Shown here in pieces: positions 18,188 to 27,081 of a stretch of 56,577 nucleotides of DNA. Source of the stretch: an uncultured bacterium (GTDB lineage: Bacteria > Pseudomonadota > Alphaproteobacteria > SP197); contig CALLQH010000080.1 of assembly GCA_938014945.1 (NCBI GenBank), forward strand, positions 1-56,577. Reading direction: 5' to 3'. How positions within the stretch are numbered: position 1 is the stretch's first letter; each line of letters opens with the position of its first letter. The notes under the pieces are model-generated. The model saw nothing but the letters and a program-made list of their open reading frames with translations. It was not told the DNA's origin and did not search any database. A program made the translations under genes and the position numbers.

Positions 18188-18880
18188 ATGATGCTGACAC
18201 CCACGGAGATGGAACGGCTGGTGATCTTCACTGCCGCGGAGATGGCGCGCAAGCGCCGGGCGCGGGGACTGAAGCTCAACCACCCGGAGGCCATGGCCCT
18301 GCTCTGCGACGAGATGCTGGAAGCCGCGCGCGACGGGCGCACGCTCGCCGAAGTGATCGCCATGGGTTCGACCATCCTGACGACCGACGACGTGCTGCCG
18401 GGCGTCACGCGCCTGCTGACCATGGTCTCGGTCGAGGGCATGTTCGAGGACGGCTCCAAGATGATCACGGTGTGGGAGCCGATCCGGCCGGGCAAGGAGA
18501 CGGTGGCGGTCTCGCGCCCCGGCGAGGTGCTGACGGGCGAAGGCGACATCGAACTCAATGCGCGCGGAGAGAAAAGCGTTCTGCGCGTCATCAACACCGG
18601 CGACCGGCCGGTGCATGTGGCAAGCCACCTGCATTTCTTCGAGGCCAATGCGGAGCTGGAATTCGACCGCGAGGCCGCCTTCGGCAAACGCCTCGATCTG
18701 CCCGCCGGTGCGACGGCGCGCTTCGATCCGGGTGAGAACCGGGAGGTGACGCTGACGGCGATCGCAGGCACCGGCGAGGTGCGCGGTCTCAACCGACTGA
18801 CCGAGGGCTCGATCCACGATCCGGCCGTGAAGGCAGCGGCGCTCGAGCGGGCGCGCGCCCGCGGCTTCCGGGGGGCCTGA
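18188..18880 (+). CDS. ureAB: Urease fused gamma-beta subunit
   Basis: The first ~100 aa are UreA-like (MLTPTEMERLVIFTAAEMARKRRARGLKLNHPEA...FEDGSKMITVWEPI). The rest is UreB-like (INTGDRPVHVASHLHFFEANAELEFDREAAFGKRLDLPAGATARFDPGE), all in one ORF. Confidence 0.9.
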   Translation: MMLTPTEMERLVIFTAAEMARKRRARGLKLNHPEAMALLCDEMLEAARDGRTLAEVIAMGSTILTTDDVLPGVTRLLTMVSVEGMFEDGSKMITVWEPIRPGKETVAVSRPGEVLTGEGDIELNARGEKSVLRVINTGDRPVHVASHLHFFEANAELEFDREAAFGKRLDLPAGATARFDPGENREVTLTAIAGTGEVRGLNRLTEGSIHDPAVKAAALERARARGFRGA

Positions 18881-18883
18881 GCC

Positions 18884-20593
18884 ATGGCGACCATGACGCG
18901 GGCGGCCTATGCCGCCATGTTCGGCCCGACCACGGGCGACCGCATCCGCCTCGGCGACACGGACCTGCTGGTGAAGATCGAGCACGACCACGCGACCTAC
19001 GGCGAGGAATGCGTCACGGGCGTGGGCAAGACCCTGCGCGACGGCGCGGGCATCGACGGTGCTGCGACGCTGGCGGGCGGCGCGCTGGAAATGGCGATCT
19101 GCAATGTCGTCATCATCGATCCCGTGCTGGGCGTGGTGAAGGCCGACATCGGCATCAACGGCGGACGGATCGCGGCCATCGGCAAGGCGGGCAATCCGGC
19201 GATCATGGCGGGCGTCACCCCTGGCATGACCATCGGCCCCGGCACCAAGCACATGAACGCGCAGGGGCTGATCGCCACACCCGGCGGCACGGACGTGCAC
19301 GCCCACTACGCCCAGCCCGCCGAGGTCTGGCACGCCCTCTCCTCGGGCCTCACCACCATGATCGGCGGAGGTTATCCCGGTTGCTGGTCGATCGATTCCG
19401 GCGGCGACTGGGCCAACGCCAAGATGCTGAAGTCGCTGGAAGAATTTCCGATGAACTTCGGCCTGTTCAGCCGGGGCGGCGCGCACGATCCCGCAACCAT
19501 CCGCGAGCAGATCGGTTCGGGCGTGATCGGCGTGAAGATCCACGAGGATCTGGGCGCCATGCCCGCCTCGATCGACACCTGCCTGTCGGTCGCCGACGAG
19601 ATGGACTTCCAGGTCCAGCTCCACACCGACACGATGAACGAGTCCGGTTTCTACGAAAGCACCATGGCGGCCATCGCCGGGCGCACCATCCACATGTACC
19701 ACACGGAGGGTGCGGGCGGCGGCCACGCCCCCGACATCATCCGTTGCAACGGCGCGGCGCACTGCCTGCCCAGCTCGACGAATCCGACCAACCCGTTCAC
19801 GGCCAACGCGTTTGATGAGCACATGGACATGATGATGATGTGCCACACGCTGAGCGCCGACGTGCCCGAGGACGTCGCCTTCGCCGAAAGCCGCCTGAGG
19901 CCCCAGACCATGGCCGCCGAGGACGTGCTGCATGATCTGGGCGCCATCTCCATGTTCGGGGCCGACGCCGAAGGCATGGGCCGGGTCATGGACGTCGTCA
20001 CCTCCACCTGGCGTCTGGCGCACAAGATGAAGGGCGAGCGCGGTGCGCTGGCCGGCGAACCCTATGCCGATGCCGACAACGCGCGGGTGCTGCGTTATCT
20101 CGCCAAGTACACCATCAACCCGGCGATCACCTTCGGCATCGCCGAGCACATCGGCAGCCTGGAACCCGGCAAGATGGCCGACATCGTGCTCTGGAACCCG
20201 GCCTTCTTCGGCGTCAAGCCAACGCAGGTCATCAAGGGCGGTGTCGAGGTGTGGGGCCCCATCGGCGATGCCGCCGGGTCGCTTTCGCTGGTCGAGCCGC
20301 GCATCTACCGCAAGCAGTGGCCGGCCTGCGGCAGCGCGCCCGACACCCTCTCGGCGATCTTCGTCCATCCGCTGGCCATCGAGAACGACATGGCCGGGCG
20401 CTGGAATGTCTCCAAGCCGCTGGTGCCGCTGAAGGGCACGCGCAAGCTCTCCAAACACGACATGGTGCGGAACGACGCCCTGCCCGACATCCGCGTCGAT
20501 CCCCAGACCTTCGAGGTCTTCGTCGATGGGGAACTGGCGACAAGCGAAGCCGTGCGCGAGGTGAGACTGGCGCGTCGCTACTTCCTGCGCTGA
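18884..20593 (+). CDS. ureC: Urease alpha subunit (divergent)
   Basis: Motifs DVHAHY (HxH), GVKIHEDLG (Lys + His), [27 protein letters not shown] and GADAEGMGR. The start lies 3 nt after the ureAB stop. Confidence 0.9.
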   Translation: MATMTRAAYAAMFGPTTGDRIRLGDTDLLVKIEHDHATYGEECVTGVGKTLRDGAGIDGAATLAGGALEMAICNVVIIDPVLGVVKADIGINGGRIAAIGKAGNPAIMAGVTPGMTIGPGTKHMNAQGLIATPGGTDVHAHYAQPAEVWHALSSGLTTMIGGGYPGCWSIDSGGDWANAKMLKSLEEFPMNFGLFSRGGAHDPATIREQIGSGVIGVKIHEDLGAMPASIDTCLSVADEMDFQVQLHTDTMNESGFYESTMAAIAGRTIHMYHTEGAGGGHAPDIIRCNGAAHCLPSSTNPTNPFTANAFDEHMDMMMMCHTLSADVPEDVAFAESRLRPQTMAAEDVLHDLGAISMFGADAEGMGRVMDVVTSTWRLAHKMKGERGALAGEPYADADNARVLRYLAKYTINPAITFGIAEHIGSLEPGKMADIVLWNPAFFGVKPTQVIKGGVEVWGPIGDAAGSLSLVEPRIYRKQWPACGSAPDTLSAIFVHPLAIENDMAGRWNVSKPLVPLKGTRKLSKHDMVRNDALPDIRVDPQTFEVFVDGELATSEAVREVRLARRYFLR

Positions 20594-20597
20594 GGCC

Positions 20598-21863
20598 TCA
20601 GCCGACGTAGACGGCAGCCGATCCCTGCGCGGTGCGGCGCCCGCTCTCGACGTCATCGGCAACGGCAAGCATGTCGGCGAGCAGAGCGTCGACGATGCCG
20701 GCGTGGCGCGGCGTGATGAGAAGCAACAGGCCCGGCGGGCGCTGCAGACGGCCGGTCAGCCAGCCCTTCTCATCCAGGCCTTCGGCGACCGCCACCATGT
20801 CGAGGCTCTGGGAGACGATGCAGATGTTGGCGCCCTCGGGCCTGCCCAGCACGGCCAGCCGGCCGTCCGCGGTCAGTCCATCGGCGATGGCCCGCTTGGT
20901 CGCCAGGATCGAGGCGACCCGCTCGCGGTAGCCGGCGCGGCCGAGGTAACGCATCACCGCCCACGACGATGCAATGGCGCCGCCGTTACGCGAGCCGCCG
21001 AAGTTCAGCGTGCTGTAGGTGCCTGACGGCCAGGCATCGCTCTGGAACCGCTGAAAGGTCTCGTTGGCACGATCGCGCAGGAGCAGCAGCGAGGCGCCGC
21101 GGCCGCTGTAGCCGAACTTGTGAAGGTCCGCCGAGATCGAAGACACCCCGGCGACGCGGAAATCGAACGCCGGCACAAGCTCGCCCAGGTCCGCAAGGAA
21201 GGGCAGCAGGAAACCGCCGATGCAGCCGTCGATATGCATCCACAGGCCGTGGGCCTGCGCCAGGGCAGCAATGTCGGCGATGGGATCGACGATGCCGTAG
21301 GGATAGGGCGGCGCCGAGCCGACCAGCATCACCGTGTTCTCGCCGATGGCCGCCTCCATGGCGGCGACATCCGCCCGCCAGTCCGGGCTGCTCTGCATGC
21401 GCACAACACCCATGCCGACAACCTGCGCGGCCTTCTCGAAGGCGGGATGGGCGGTCTCGGGCAGGATGATTTCCGGGCGCGACGCACCGGGACGGTGAAC
21501 CCTGCCCCAGTCACGCGCCGTGCGCACCGCCATCAGGATGCTCTCGGTGCCGCCCGTGGTGATGCCGCCAGCCGCACCCGCAGGCGCTTCCAGCATGTCG
21601 AGCGCCATGGCCACGACCTCGGCCTCGTAACGCAGCAGGCTGGGAAAAAGCGCCGCACCGTAGATCGCATTGTCGTCGATGTGACGGGCATAGGCCTGGT
21701 GCATGACGGCGACCACGTCATCGCCCGCCCAATACGATGCCTTGAGATTCCGGGGATCGTCCCAGCGTTGATCGCCTGCAGCGATGGTCTCCATCTCGGC
21801 AAACAGGTCATCGGCGCTCAGGCCCTGTTCGGCAAAGGCCCGGTTGCTTCCCTCATGCGCCAT
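20598..21863 (-). CDS. PLP-dependent decarboxylase/lyase, fold type I (group II decarboxylase / sphingosine-1-phosphate-lyase-like)
   Basis: Motifs GGTESILMAV and SISADLHKFGYSGRGASLLLL (PLP-lysine context). It is convergent with ureC, with 4 nt between the stops. Confidence 0.75.
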   Translation of the reverse strand: MAHEGSNRAFAEQGLSADDLFAEMETIAAGDQRWDDPRNLKASYWAGDDVVAVMHQAYARHIDDNAIYGAALFPSLLRYEAEVVAMALDMLEAPAGAAGGITTGGTESILMAVRTARDWGRVHRPGASRPEIILPETAHPAFEKAAQVVGMGVVRMQSSPDWRADVAAMEAAIGENTVMLVGSAPPYPYGIVDPIADIAALAQAHGLWMHIDGCIGGFLLPFLADLGELVPAFDFRVAGVSSISADLHKFGYSGRGASLLLLRDRANETFQRFQSDAWPSGTYSTLNFGGSRNGGAIASSWAVMRYLGRAGYRERVASILATKRAIADGLTADGRLAVLGRPEGANICIVSQSLDMVAVAEGLDEKGWLTGRLQRPPGLLLLITPRHAGIVDALLADMLAVADDVESGRRTAQGSAAVYVG

Positions 21864-22016
21864 GGATGCGCTCCCCCCAACGGTGTTTGCGCCAGCCCGG
21901 ATTCAGGCGGTTGGCTCAGGTGCTTGCCACGCAGCCTATCGCGATGACGCCTCCGCTGCGAAGGGCTAGCCTTCCCCTTCCGGCAGGGGTGCCGGTGCTC
22001 AAGAGGGGAGGACGAT

Positions 22017-22769
22017 ATGGCCGAATTCGAAGGCAAGGTGGCGCTCATCACGGGCGCGGGGCGCGGCATGGGGCTGGTGGACGCGCTGCTGATGGCAGAG
22101 CGTGGCGCATCCATCGTGATCCAGGAGATCGAAGCCGATCTTGCCGCCGAGGCGACCGAGAAGGTGCGCGCAACCGGCGCGGAGGTCTTCACCATCGTCA
22201 GCGACGTCGCCGACGTCGCCACGACCCAGGCGAAGATCCGCGAGGCCGAGGCCCACTTCGGACGCATCGACATTCTGGTCAACAACGCCGGCATCGGGCT
22301 GGGCGGCGACCTGCAGGACGTGACCGAGGCCGACTTCGACCTTTCCACCGCGGTCCATGTGAAGGGCAGCTTCTTTGCCACCCAGGCGGTGGTCCCGGGC
22401 ATGAAAGCGCGGCGCAGCGGCGCCATCGTCAACATCTCCTCGATCTGGGGCATGACGGGTTATCACAGCGCCTCGATCTACTGCGGCGCCAAGGCCGCCC
22501 TGCTGGGCCTCACCAAGGCATGGGCCAAGGAACTCGCCCCCTGGAACATCCGCGTCAATGCGGTCGCGCCGGGCTGCGTGCTGACCGAGATGACCATTCA
22601 CAAAGGCAAGGAATACATCGACGAGCGCGCCAAGCTCATCCCTCTCGGCCGCTGGGCGCAGCCCGAGGAGATGTGCGAGGCGGTGGTCTATCTCGCCTCC
22701 GAACGGGCGAGTTTCGTCACCGGCCAGTGCATCAGCCCCAACGGCGGCGACACCATCGTCGGCATCTGA
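22017..22769 (+). CDS. SDR-family oxidoreductase (FabG-like)
   Basis: Motifs GKVALITGAGRGMG, NNAGIG, YCGAKAALLGLT and PNGGDTIVG. Confidence 0.9.
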   Translation: MAEFEGKVALITGAGRGMGLVDALLMAERGASIVIQEIEADLAAEATEKVRATGAEVFTIVSDVADVATTQAKIREAEAHFGRIDILVNNAGIGLGGDLQDVTEADFDLSTAVHVKGSFFATQAVVPGMKARRSGAIVNISSIWGMTGYHSASIYCGAKAALLGLTKAWAKELAPWNIRVNAVAPGCVLTEMTIHKGKEYIDERAKLIPLGRWAQPEEMCEAVVYLASERASFVTGQCISPNGGDTIVGI

Positions 22770-22774
22770 ACCGC

Positions 22775-24643
22775 TCAGTTCGCCGCGGTGAGACCAAGGG
22801 CGCCGATCACCGCCGAGGCCGTCGCCTCGGGTGCATCGCCGACCCGGAAGCTGCGCCCGCCAGCAGCGGCGATGACGAACGCGAGTTCGCCCCCGGTCGC
22901 CGCGGCGCTGTCGGCGAAGACCACGGTATCGCAGGCCTGCCACGGCAGGCCGCGGCGCTGCAGGTGTCCGGCATCGCAGAGCAGCACGCCGGCCTCGGCG
23001 ACAGGCTGGGCCAGCACCATGCCGGCGGCACGCACCACATCCTCCACGCCGCGCTGCTGGACCGCCGAGCCGATACCCAGATCACGCCCATCGAACCACG
23101 CGGCGCAGCGGCCCGTGCGGGCGAAACCCTGCACCAGGGCGGCGACCGTTGCCGGGCCCTGCCCGTCCGCCGAACCCACGACCACCACCAACGGCATCGT
23201 CCCGGTCTCGCCGGGGGCAAAGAGCTGGCCCAGCACACCGTCGATCACCTTGGGGAAGACATCGGGAAAGCTGCCGTAGGCCAGCCCCGGGTTCATGTTG
23301 ACCTCGACGATGGCGCAGGGCTGATCGAGGTAGGAGACGGTGATGTCCGGGATCAGCAGGTCGACCCCGGCGATGTCGAGGCCCAGCCCCAGGGCGGCGG
23401 CCTCCGCGAGCCTCTGGTTGTCGGGATGGACGACATCATCGACCGCGACGATCGAACCGCCGAGCTTCATGTTGGCCGTGGTGCGCAACAGCACCGTGCG
23501 GCCCTCAGCGGGCACGCTATGCAGGGCGAGCCCCTCGCGCGCCAGAAGCCGTTCCATGGCTTCGTCCGGCGTGATGGTCACGAGGTCGGCCTGACCGGGA
23601 AGACCACGGCGCGGGTTGGCGTTTTCCACAGCGATCAGCTCGGCAATCGTGCTGCGGCCATCGCCCGCCACCGCGGCACGACGACGCATGGTCGCCGCGA
23701 CCATCCTGCCGCCGCAGACCAGCAGGCGGTGGTCCTCGCCCGGAACCATCTCCTCCACGACAACGACGGGCGCATGACGACGCGCCAGGGCGAAGGCGGC
23801 ATCCAGCTCCGCCTCGTCACGCACATCGGCGGTGATCCCGGAACCACCGGTGCCGCGCTCGGGTTTCACCACCACCGGGAAGCCGATCTGGCGCGCGGCC
23901 GCACGGGCATCCTCCGCGCCAGCGGCGGTAACCTGGCGCGGCACCGGCAGCCCGAGCCGAGCGAGAAGATGCACCGTCTGGCTCTTGCTCCCGGTCACCG
24001 CGCCGGCCACCGCCGAACTGCGGTCCGTGATGGTGCCCATGACCTGGCGCTGGAAGCGGCCGTGGCCGAAGCGCACGTGGTTGACGAAGCGCGCGCCCTG
24101 ATGGAGCCGCTGCACCGGGATGCCGCGTTCGCGCGCGGCCTGGACCATCACGGAGACGGCATGGTCGCGCGCCTCTGCCCTGGCCCGTGCGACAAAGGCG
24201 TCAAGCGCCTCGGGCAGGCGCGCGGTCCCCGCTACGGCATGAGCGACCATCATCAGGGCCGCACGGAACGCCAGGGCGCCGATGGATGCCTGTTCGATCT
24301 CGCAGGCGATGACGCAGTGGCCCTCGTGATCGGCCTTCTCGACCTGGGCCCTGCTCACCGGGTCGCCGAAGATGCGCTGCAGCTCCACGGCCACGGCGGC
24401 CACCACCGTGGCGGACGACACCGGGCCGGTCTCGTCCGCCAGGGCGGCCAGCAGAGGACCGGGCGGGTCGTTGCGGCGCAGGCGCAAGGCGTCGAGGGAC
24501 TGCAGCAGACGCGCCCGCCGCGCCGTGCCGACCGCCCGGACGGGGAGAACGAGGCGCACCCGCAGTGCGGGACAGGGCAAGGCCGGATTGGGGCCATCGA
24601 AAAACTCGGTCCGGACGATTTCCCAGCTTCGAGACGCCGCCAT
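22775..24643 (-). CDS. Cyanophycin-synthetase-like protein, truncated (N domain + ATP-grasp + vestigial Mur-ligase domain; CphA2-like architecture)
   Basis: CphA-like N-terminus (WEIVRTEFFDGPNP...). ATP-grasp core (GFPVVVKPERGTGGSGI, DHRLLVCGGRMVAA, DIAGVDLLIPD, IVEVNMNPGL). The last 140 aa (22778..23197) align to the start of the CphA M domain, but the P-loop reads GSADGQG instead of GTNGKTT. Confidence 0.7.
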   Translation of the reverse strand: MAASRSWEIVRTEFFDGPNPALPCPALRVRLVLPVRAVGTARRARLLQSLDALRLRRNDPPGPLLAALADETGPVSSATVVAAVAVELQRIFGDPVSRAQVEKADHEGHCVIACEIEQASIGALAFRAALMMVAHAVAGTARLPEALDAFVARARAEARDHAVSVMVQAARERGIPVQRLHQGARFVNHVRFGHGRFQRQVMGTITDRSSAVAGAVTGSKSQTVHLLARLGLPVPRQVTAAGAEDARAAARQIGFPVVVKPERGTGGSGITADVRDEAELDAAFALARRHAPVVVVEEMVPGEDHRLLVCGGRMVAATMRRRAAVAGDGRSTIAELIAVENANPRRGLPGQADLVTITPDEAMERLLAREGLALHSVPAEGRTVLLRTTANMKLGGSIVAVDDVVHPDNQRLAEAAALGLGLDIAGVDLLIPDITVSYLDQPCAIVEVNMNPGLAYGSFPDVFPKVIDGVLGQLFAPGETGTMPLVVVVGSADGQGPATVAALVQGFARTGRCAAWFDGRDLGIGSAVQQRGVEDVVRAAGMVLAQPVAEAGVLLCDAGHLQRRGLPWQACDTVVFADSAAATGGELAFVIAAAGGRSFRVGDAPEATASAVIGALGLTAAN

Positions 24644-24649
24644 GGCCGG

Positions 24650-24967
24650 CTATCGGTTGAGGCCGGACACGAGGCCTGCCGTCAGCGAACCGGGGCCGTC
24701 CTGGACGCCGCCCGCCATGACCTGGACGTTGACGGCGATCTCCGCGCCGCTGGGAGCATGGTCGATCTCGAAGCCGACCTGCGCGCCGTCGCGCGGGCAG
24801 AAGAAGCCGCGGTAGAAGACGAGAATCAGCGGATAGCCATCGGCAAAGTCCATCATCTCGTCATAGGGCGTGGCCGCGGTGAGGTCCGACAGCCGAGTCT
24901 CCCGGCCGCGATGATCGGGCAGGCAAAGGTCGGGAAAGGGCTCCCCCGCCCGGGGAATGGCTGGCAT
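24650..24967 (-). CDS. Redoxin/peroxiredoxin-like protein, only N-terminal half (possible gene remnant)
   Basis: GEPFPDLCLPDHRGRETRLSDL...PLILVFYRGFFCPRD resembles the AhpC/TSA N-terminal half. The ORF ends after 105 aa, whereas the family is usually ~160-200 aa. GAGGGAGAG lies 7 nt before the ATG. Confidence 0.45.
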   Translation of the reverse strand: MPAIPRAGEPFPDLCLPDHRGRETRLSDLTAATPYDEMMDFADGYPLILVFYRGFFCPRDGAQVGFEIDHAPSGAEIAVNVQVMAGGVQDGPGSLTAGLVSGLNR

Positions 24968-25041
24968 GGCGGTGCTCTCCCTCGTTATGGCCCGTTCTTG
25001 CATGGCGCAGACGCCGCCCTGTCGCATGCGGTATCATCGGC

Positions 25042-26325
25042 ATGTCGGAAAAGGGATACGCCGCGCTCTTCTTCACGTCGAGAGCCATCGCCATGTTCAA
25101 AGCCGTCGCCTCGGTCTGGGCCCTGCTTCTGGGAGTCGCGCTGTTCATGATGGGCAGCGGCCTCCAGGGATCGCTGCTGGGCGTGCGCGCGGGGACCGAA
25201 GAGTTTTCCACGGTGGTGACCGGCGTGGTGATGTCGGCCTATTTCGCGGGCTTCCTGATCGGTTCGATGATCGTGCCGCGTCTGGTGGCGCGCGTCGGCC
25301 ACATCCGCGTCTTCGGCGCGCTTGCCTCCCTCGCCTCCGTGGCCGTGCTGATGCATGCCGTGTTCGTCGATCCGGTGACCTGGATCGCCCTGCGGCTGCT
25401 GACCGGGTTCTGCTACTTCGGCCTTTTCGTGGTTGCCGAAAGCTGGCTCAACGAACGCTCGACCAACGCCACCCGCGGCCAGCTCCTGTCGGTCTACGTC
25501 ATCGTGATGACCGGCTGCATGGCGCTGGGGCCGTTGCTGCTCAACATCGGCAACCCGGACGGCTTCGACCTCTTCATCGCCGCATCGGTGATGGTCTCGC
25601 TGGCGCTCGTTCCGCTGTCCCTGACGGCCTATCCCGCGCCCGCCTTCCATGAACTGGAGAAGCTGAAGCTCACCCAGCTTTACCGCATCTCTCCCCTGGG
25701 CGTGATCGGCTGCGTGACCAACGGTGCAACCTCCGGCGCACTGATCTGGCTCGCCTCGGTCTATGCCCAGAAGGTCGGCATGCCGATCGCCAGCGTCTCG
25801 CTGTTCGCCTTTGCCTCGATCGTGGGCGGCATGGTGCTTCAGTGGCCGCTCGGCCATCTCAGCGATATCTTCGACCGCCGCCAGGTGATCACCGGAACGG
25901 CGCTGACCGGGGCTGTGCTGGCCATCTTCGCCGCGCTCTACGGCGGCAGCAATCCGCTGATTCTGATGCTGGCCGTGGGCACGGTCGGCGGCATGGCAAT
26001 TCCGCTCTACACGCTGTCGGTTGCCCACACCAACGACCACCTGGAACCGCGCCAGATGGTCGCCGCCAGCAGTGGCCTGCTCTTTGCCAACGGTCTGGGC
26101 GGCATCGCCGGGCCCGCCCTGGCGGGCGGCACGATGGCGATCCTGGGGCCGTCCGGATACTTCTGGTTTCCCGGCGCGGCGATGGGCGTGCTGGGCCTGT
26201 TTGCCCTGTGGCGCATGACGCAGCGGCCTGCGCTGCCCAACGACGAACAGTTGCCCTATGTCGCCGTGCCGCGGACATCCAGCAGCGGCGCCGCCCTGGC
26301 CCTGGGCGACCAGGCAGAGGCCTAG
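25042..26325 (+). CDS. MFS transporter
   Basis: About 12 hydrophobic segments, with the loop motif between TM2 and TM3 (VPRLVARVGHIRVF). Confidence 0.85.
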   Translation: MSEKGYAALFFTSRAIAMFKAVASVWALLLGVALFMMGSGLQGSLLGVRAGTEEFSTVVTGVVMSAYFAGFLIGSMIVPRLVARVGHIRVFGALASLASVAVLMHAVFVDPVTWIALRLLTGFCYFGLFVVAESWLNERSTNATRGQLLSVYVIVMTGCMALGPLLLNIGNPDGFDLFIAASVMVSLALVPLSLTAYPAPAFHELEKLKLTQLYRISPLGVIGCVTNGATSGALIWLASVYAQKVGMPIASVSLFAFASIVGGMVLQWPLGHLSDIFDRRQVITGTALTGAVLAIFAALYGGSNPLILMLAVGTVGGMAIPLYTLSVAHTNDHLEPRQMVAASSGLLFANGLGGIAGPALAGGTMAILGPSGYFWFPGAAMGVLGLFALWRMTQRPALPNDEQLPYVAVPRTSSSGAALALGDQAEA

Positions 26326-26340
26326 CCCCGTGCGACCGGC

Positions 26341-26727
26341 TCAGTCGTCGTAGTCGATCTCGGCCCGCGCGATCTCGCAATAGGCCATTGCGCCACGCTT
26401 GTAGACGGCAAGCCGCTGTGCGGGCAGCAGTTCGGCGATGCAGTTGGGCGTGCCGTAATCATCCATCTCCCAGGATTCCACGGTGACCTTGAGGCGCGTA
26501 ATGTTGACGCGGACACATTCCATGGCCGGCACACGCATCTCGATGAGCGCCGTGTCATGCACGGTCACCCGAAGATCGGTGTTGAGCTGGTTGTCGATCA
26601 GGATCTGGCCACCCTTGCTGCTGACCGCCGGGCAGCCCTCATCGATGAGGCCCACCTGGATGAGCGCGAAATACGCTCCCCAAATGAGCCCGGCAGCGAT
26701 CACCGCCAGAACGAAGAAAAACTTCAT
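26341..26727 (-). CDS. Hypothetical membrane-anchored protein
   Basis: N-terminal TM or signal anchor (MKFFFVLAVIAAGLIWGAYFALI). GC3-rich codon usage. I recognised no family. Confidence 0.5.
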   Translation of the reverse strand: MKFFFVLAVIAAGLIWGAYFALIQVGLIDEGCPAVSSKGGQILIDNQLNTDLRVTVHDTALIEMRVPAMECVRVNITRLKVTVESWEMDDYGTPNCIAELLPAQRLAVYKRGAMAYCEIARAEIDYDD

Positions 26728-27081
26728 GGCATTTCATACGGCTTGCGCCGCCCACCTTGTCCCGGATCGATAGTAGCCAGCCTGTCATGCGGGAACGAGC
26801 GCGAAGTCGTCTCGGCCGACGCATTGAGCATGCAAAGTGTCAGATCGCCCATGACTACAGCCTCCGCTCGCGTCGACTTGACCCAGACTGGAACAAGTTG
26901 TCGCAACGCTTTACAAAAATCCGGAGACCCCGGACGCATCCCTGCCCTGTCTCCTGCGCGAGTCGTTTGCAGCACCCCCGAGGCTGTCGGGAAGCCTCCC
27001 CGGCGCACGGAAACGCTTGCCTGCGCGCGCGCCATGGGTGCTATGACTCTGCTCCTTCGCAAGAAACGGGATTCTCACTTC

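Noticed and set aside
17996-20668. An 890-aa ORF on the minus strand spanning the whole urease operon.
   Set aside because: It is antisense to two genes with unmistakable urease motifs. Its product is an R/G/A/H/D-rich low-complexity string with no recognisable domain. This is the typical stop-codon-poor antisense frame of very GC-rich DNA.
24650-24967. The idea that the small ORF upstream of the ATP-grasp gene is a RiPP (graspetide-type) precursor.
   Set aside because: Its N-terminal half is clearly redoxin-like rather than a leader/core peptide. The ligase is CphA-like, not a microviridin-type ATP-grasp. There is no repeated Thr/Ser-Asp/Glu core motif.
21866-25150. A 1094-aa ORF on the plus strand.
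   Set aside because: It overlaps the well-supported SDR gene in another frame and is antisense to the CphA-like and redoxin genes. Its composition (R, G, A, H, P) is artefactual and it has no domain motifs.
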